DNA of 64,000 nucleotides, taken from positions 310,001 to 374,000 of the forward strand of contig NW_027590253.1 of NCBI RefSeq assembly GCF_964213995.1, written 5' to 3'. Both the position numbers and the translations under genes were made by a program. This stretch comes from Mustelus asterias. Lineage: Eukaryota. Below the pieces are notes generated by a model. The model saw only the letters and a program-made list of their open reading frames with translations. It did not search any database and was not told the origin of the DNA. This document shows positions 61,766 through 64,000 of the stretch, in pieces. Numbering within the stretch: the first letter of the stretch is position 1; each line of letters opens with the position of its first letter.

Positions 61766-63299
61766 ACGTTGCAAAGTTGGAGATGGAATGGGGCAAGATT
61801 ACAATCTATCATTGCTGAAATCAGCATTGATTCCCTGCTTGTTGGCGACATACTGACGTTTATCCTTATGTTTGATTACAACATTTGGCACCAGAGGGCA
61901 GCGAAAGACATTGTGAATTCTGTTGGCTCCGTTTTTATAATGATATTTCAATTCTTTTCCGAAAGTCGATATTTTATTAACATCATGCTGGAAGGTTTAC
62001 ACAGAACCTCTCTGTGTGAAAAACCCATGTTCACTCTATAAAACAAAGTTTTCGAACCAGAACCAAGACTTCTCAGGCAGAGCAGTTCAGTCCGTGCAAT
62101 GAACTATCAATTAGGTGTGAAAATATGCTGAAGTATTTGGATGGCAGTCTAAAAACAGAATTAGGGTCTCAGCTGATGACAGAGTCCTACCAAGAATGAA
62201 GGAGTAGTCATTCTCATTTCTAACTATCTGTGAACTTTAATTCACAGAGAACCACCATCAGTTTTCTCAGCTGAAGGGAGATTTACGAAAAGTGTTCGAA
62301 CCCATCATGTATTTCGATGGTGTAAATAAGGAACAAACTTTTCTAGCAGCAGGAGGCTCTTTAAACTGAAAACAATGATATGAGGCGACTGGAAAAATCA
62401 GACATGGCATGACAGCGAGTTGTGAGTTAGAACGCGCTGCGTGAAAGGGCGTTGGCAGCAGTTACAATAGTATCTTTCAAAAGAGGAGCGGGTACATTGT
62501 TGCAGAGGTGTTTGTTTACAAGGCTCTGGGGAAAGAAGAGGAGAAAGAGATTAATTGAATTTCTCCACCAACCAATCTAAGAATGTATGGCGAGCCGAAT
62601 TGCCATTTTCTGTTGTATTTCATTTACCAATTGCCTCCCCTCGCTTCTTATTGTAAATCAAAGCTTCACCGTGGAGTCAAGAAGCATGTCCGCGTCCTTT
62701 TCTTCTTACCAGGCCTGCCATTTCCCTTCGGTGTCCGATTGCTCTTTCTATATTTATTGAATATCCGTGAATTTATTTGTTTTATTTTTCATCCCCTCTT
62801 TGCTTTCTTTCTTTTTTTTATTCCCCTTGCACTTATTTTAATAAGATGGCACTGAAGGAGGAACTGCAATTTCTTTATAAATAAGGATCTCCAGTGAGTT
62901 TGAGGGGAACTTGCTCATTTCGGTCTTTCCTGCGCCCTTCAGATTCCAGGTGGTCGAGTTCCCGGGTTTGTAAACCATTGTCGAAGGACCCATGGCAAGC
63001 TGCTGCAATGTAGATAATACACGCTGGTGGCGCTGTGGAGAAAGAGAATGTTAAATTTGTGGATGAGGTGCCAAACATCAAGGCTGTTTTACCCTCGATT
63101 GGGTCTTGCCCCATGATTGCTGTTGGAGATGCGCTCGTCCAGGGAAGTGAGCAGTGTGTGTATCACACATTTTGCATGCCAGACTGGGGAGTGGCTTCAT
63201 GGAAATCAGGAGGCGCATCGCTCCCAGAGAGCAATCTTTCAATGTAATTAGACTTTAAAGGTAAATTGTGGATTTATACGGCTCTTCGCAATACCAATG

Positions 63300-63475
63300 G
63301 ACATTTCAAAACATGTTACAGCCAATGTTTTATAATAAGTGCAGTCGCTATTATAACAGAGGAGGTACACACAGAAAATTAACCCAAACAGCAATATGGC
63401 AATGATCACGGAATCTGTTTGTGTGATGTTGATTCTTGGATAAACATTGACCTGGACACCAGGGATAACTCCCTT
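63300..63475 (-). mobile_element. Ancient DeuSINE (SacSINE1/AmnSINE-like) fragment
   Basis: caaacagcaat...aatctgttt.tgtgatgttgatt...ggataaa.attg.cc.ggacacc.gggataactccc resembles the recalled Deu-domain consensus. Confidence 0.45.
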
Positions 63476-64000
63476 ACCCCTCTGTATATTTTATTTACAA
63501 TGCACGATTAGTATCTGTATTATCATATTACATGACAGTTCAAAGTTGGCATTACCAAAATTGCAGTAAAATTCAACTGCTTTCAGTACATTACAACACA
63601 ATTTGAGATGTATTTTATTTACTGTTAAGACTTATATTTACTTTTTTTTGTCAAACACTCTCTGATTCATTCTCTGTCCACTTCTGTGATACTTGAATTG
63701 AAAACTCGTTTGAGGACAGGCAGGAATCCAGAGAGACACACGACTTATTCATCAACTTTCAAGAAGAAACGATTGAAAAGAATGAGGTAAAAAACCCAGG
63801 AAGGAACCATTTGCATAGTGCTCACACTGCTAGCTGCGAACTGAGAGATAGAGGGTTTATACTATGACACTGACAACAGACAGCAACCAAGGCTCCAAAT
63901 TCTGCTTGGACATCTAGTGAGCTATTCAGCTATGGAAGCCCCCTGACCTCCCTCTGTGTCTCCCAATCATACTCTATCTCCCGCAACAACCAATTATTTT

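Noticed and set aside
61314-62041. Cys/Val- and His/Thr-rich ORFs
   Set aside because: Translations of a degenerate CA repeat.
1-64000. CRISPR array or prokaryotic system
   Set aside because: No regularly spaced short repeats; content is eukaryotic with spliceosomal introns.

Overview
Vertebrate genomic DNA, almost certainly from an elasmobranch (shark): it carries HE1-type tRNA-derived SINEs, CR1 and Penelope-like retroelements and a shark IgM-type gene. It has three zones. (1) 1-32.5 kb is a tandemly duplicated tRNA-gene array (1-14224 vs 21215-32478) with a few intact tRNAs (Thr-TGT, Asn-GTT, Cys-GCA, Lys-CTT), many decayed ones and copy-specific retroelement insertions. (2) Two intact two-exon GPR139-like class A GPCR genes lie on the + strand (35572-38375 and 57251-60199). 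(3) Between them, on the - strand, is an unusual immunoglobulin heavy-chain gene: leader, a pre-joined VDJ exon with no RSS, then only the IgM CH3 and CH4+secretory-tail exons. I find no CH1, CH2 or TM exon, and light-chain-interface residues in FR2 are altered. This is the architecture of a non-rearranging, secreted, probably light-chain-free mini-IgM. This copy has one in-frame TAG early in V. The Penelope terminal repeats contain minimal hammerhead ribozyme motifs. Family assignments rest on recalled consensus sequences, not database searches.
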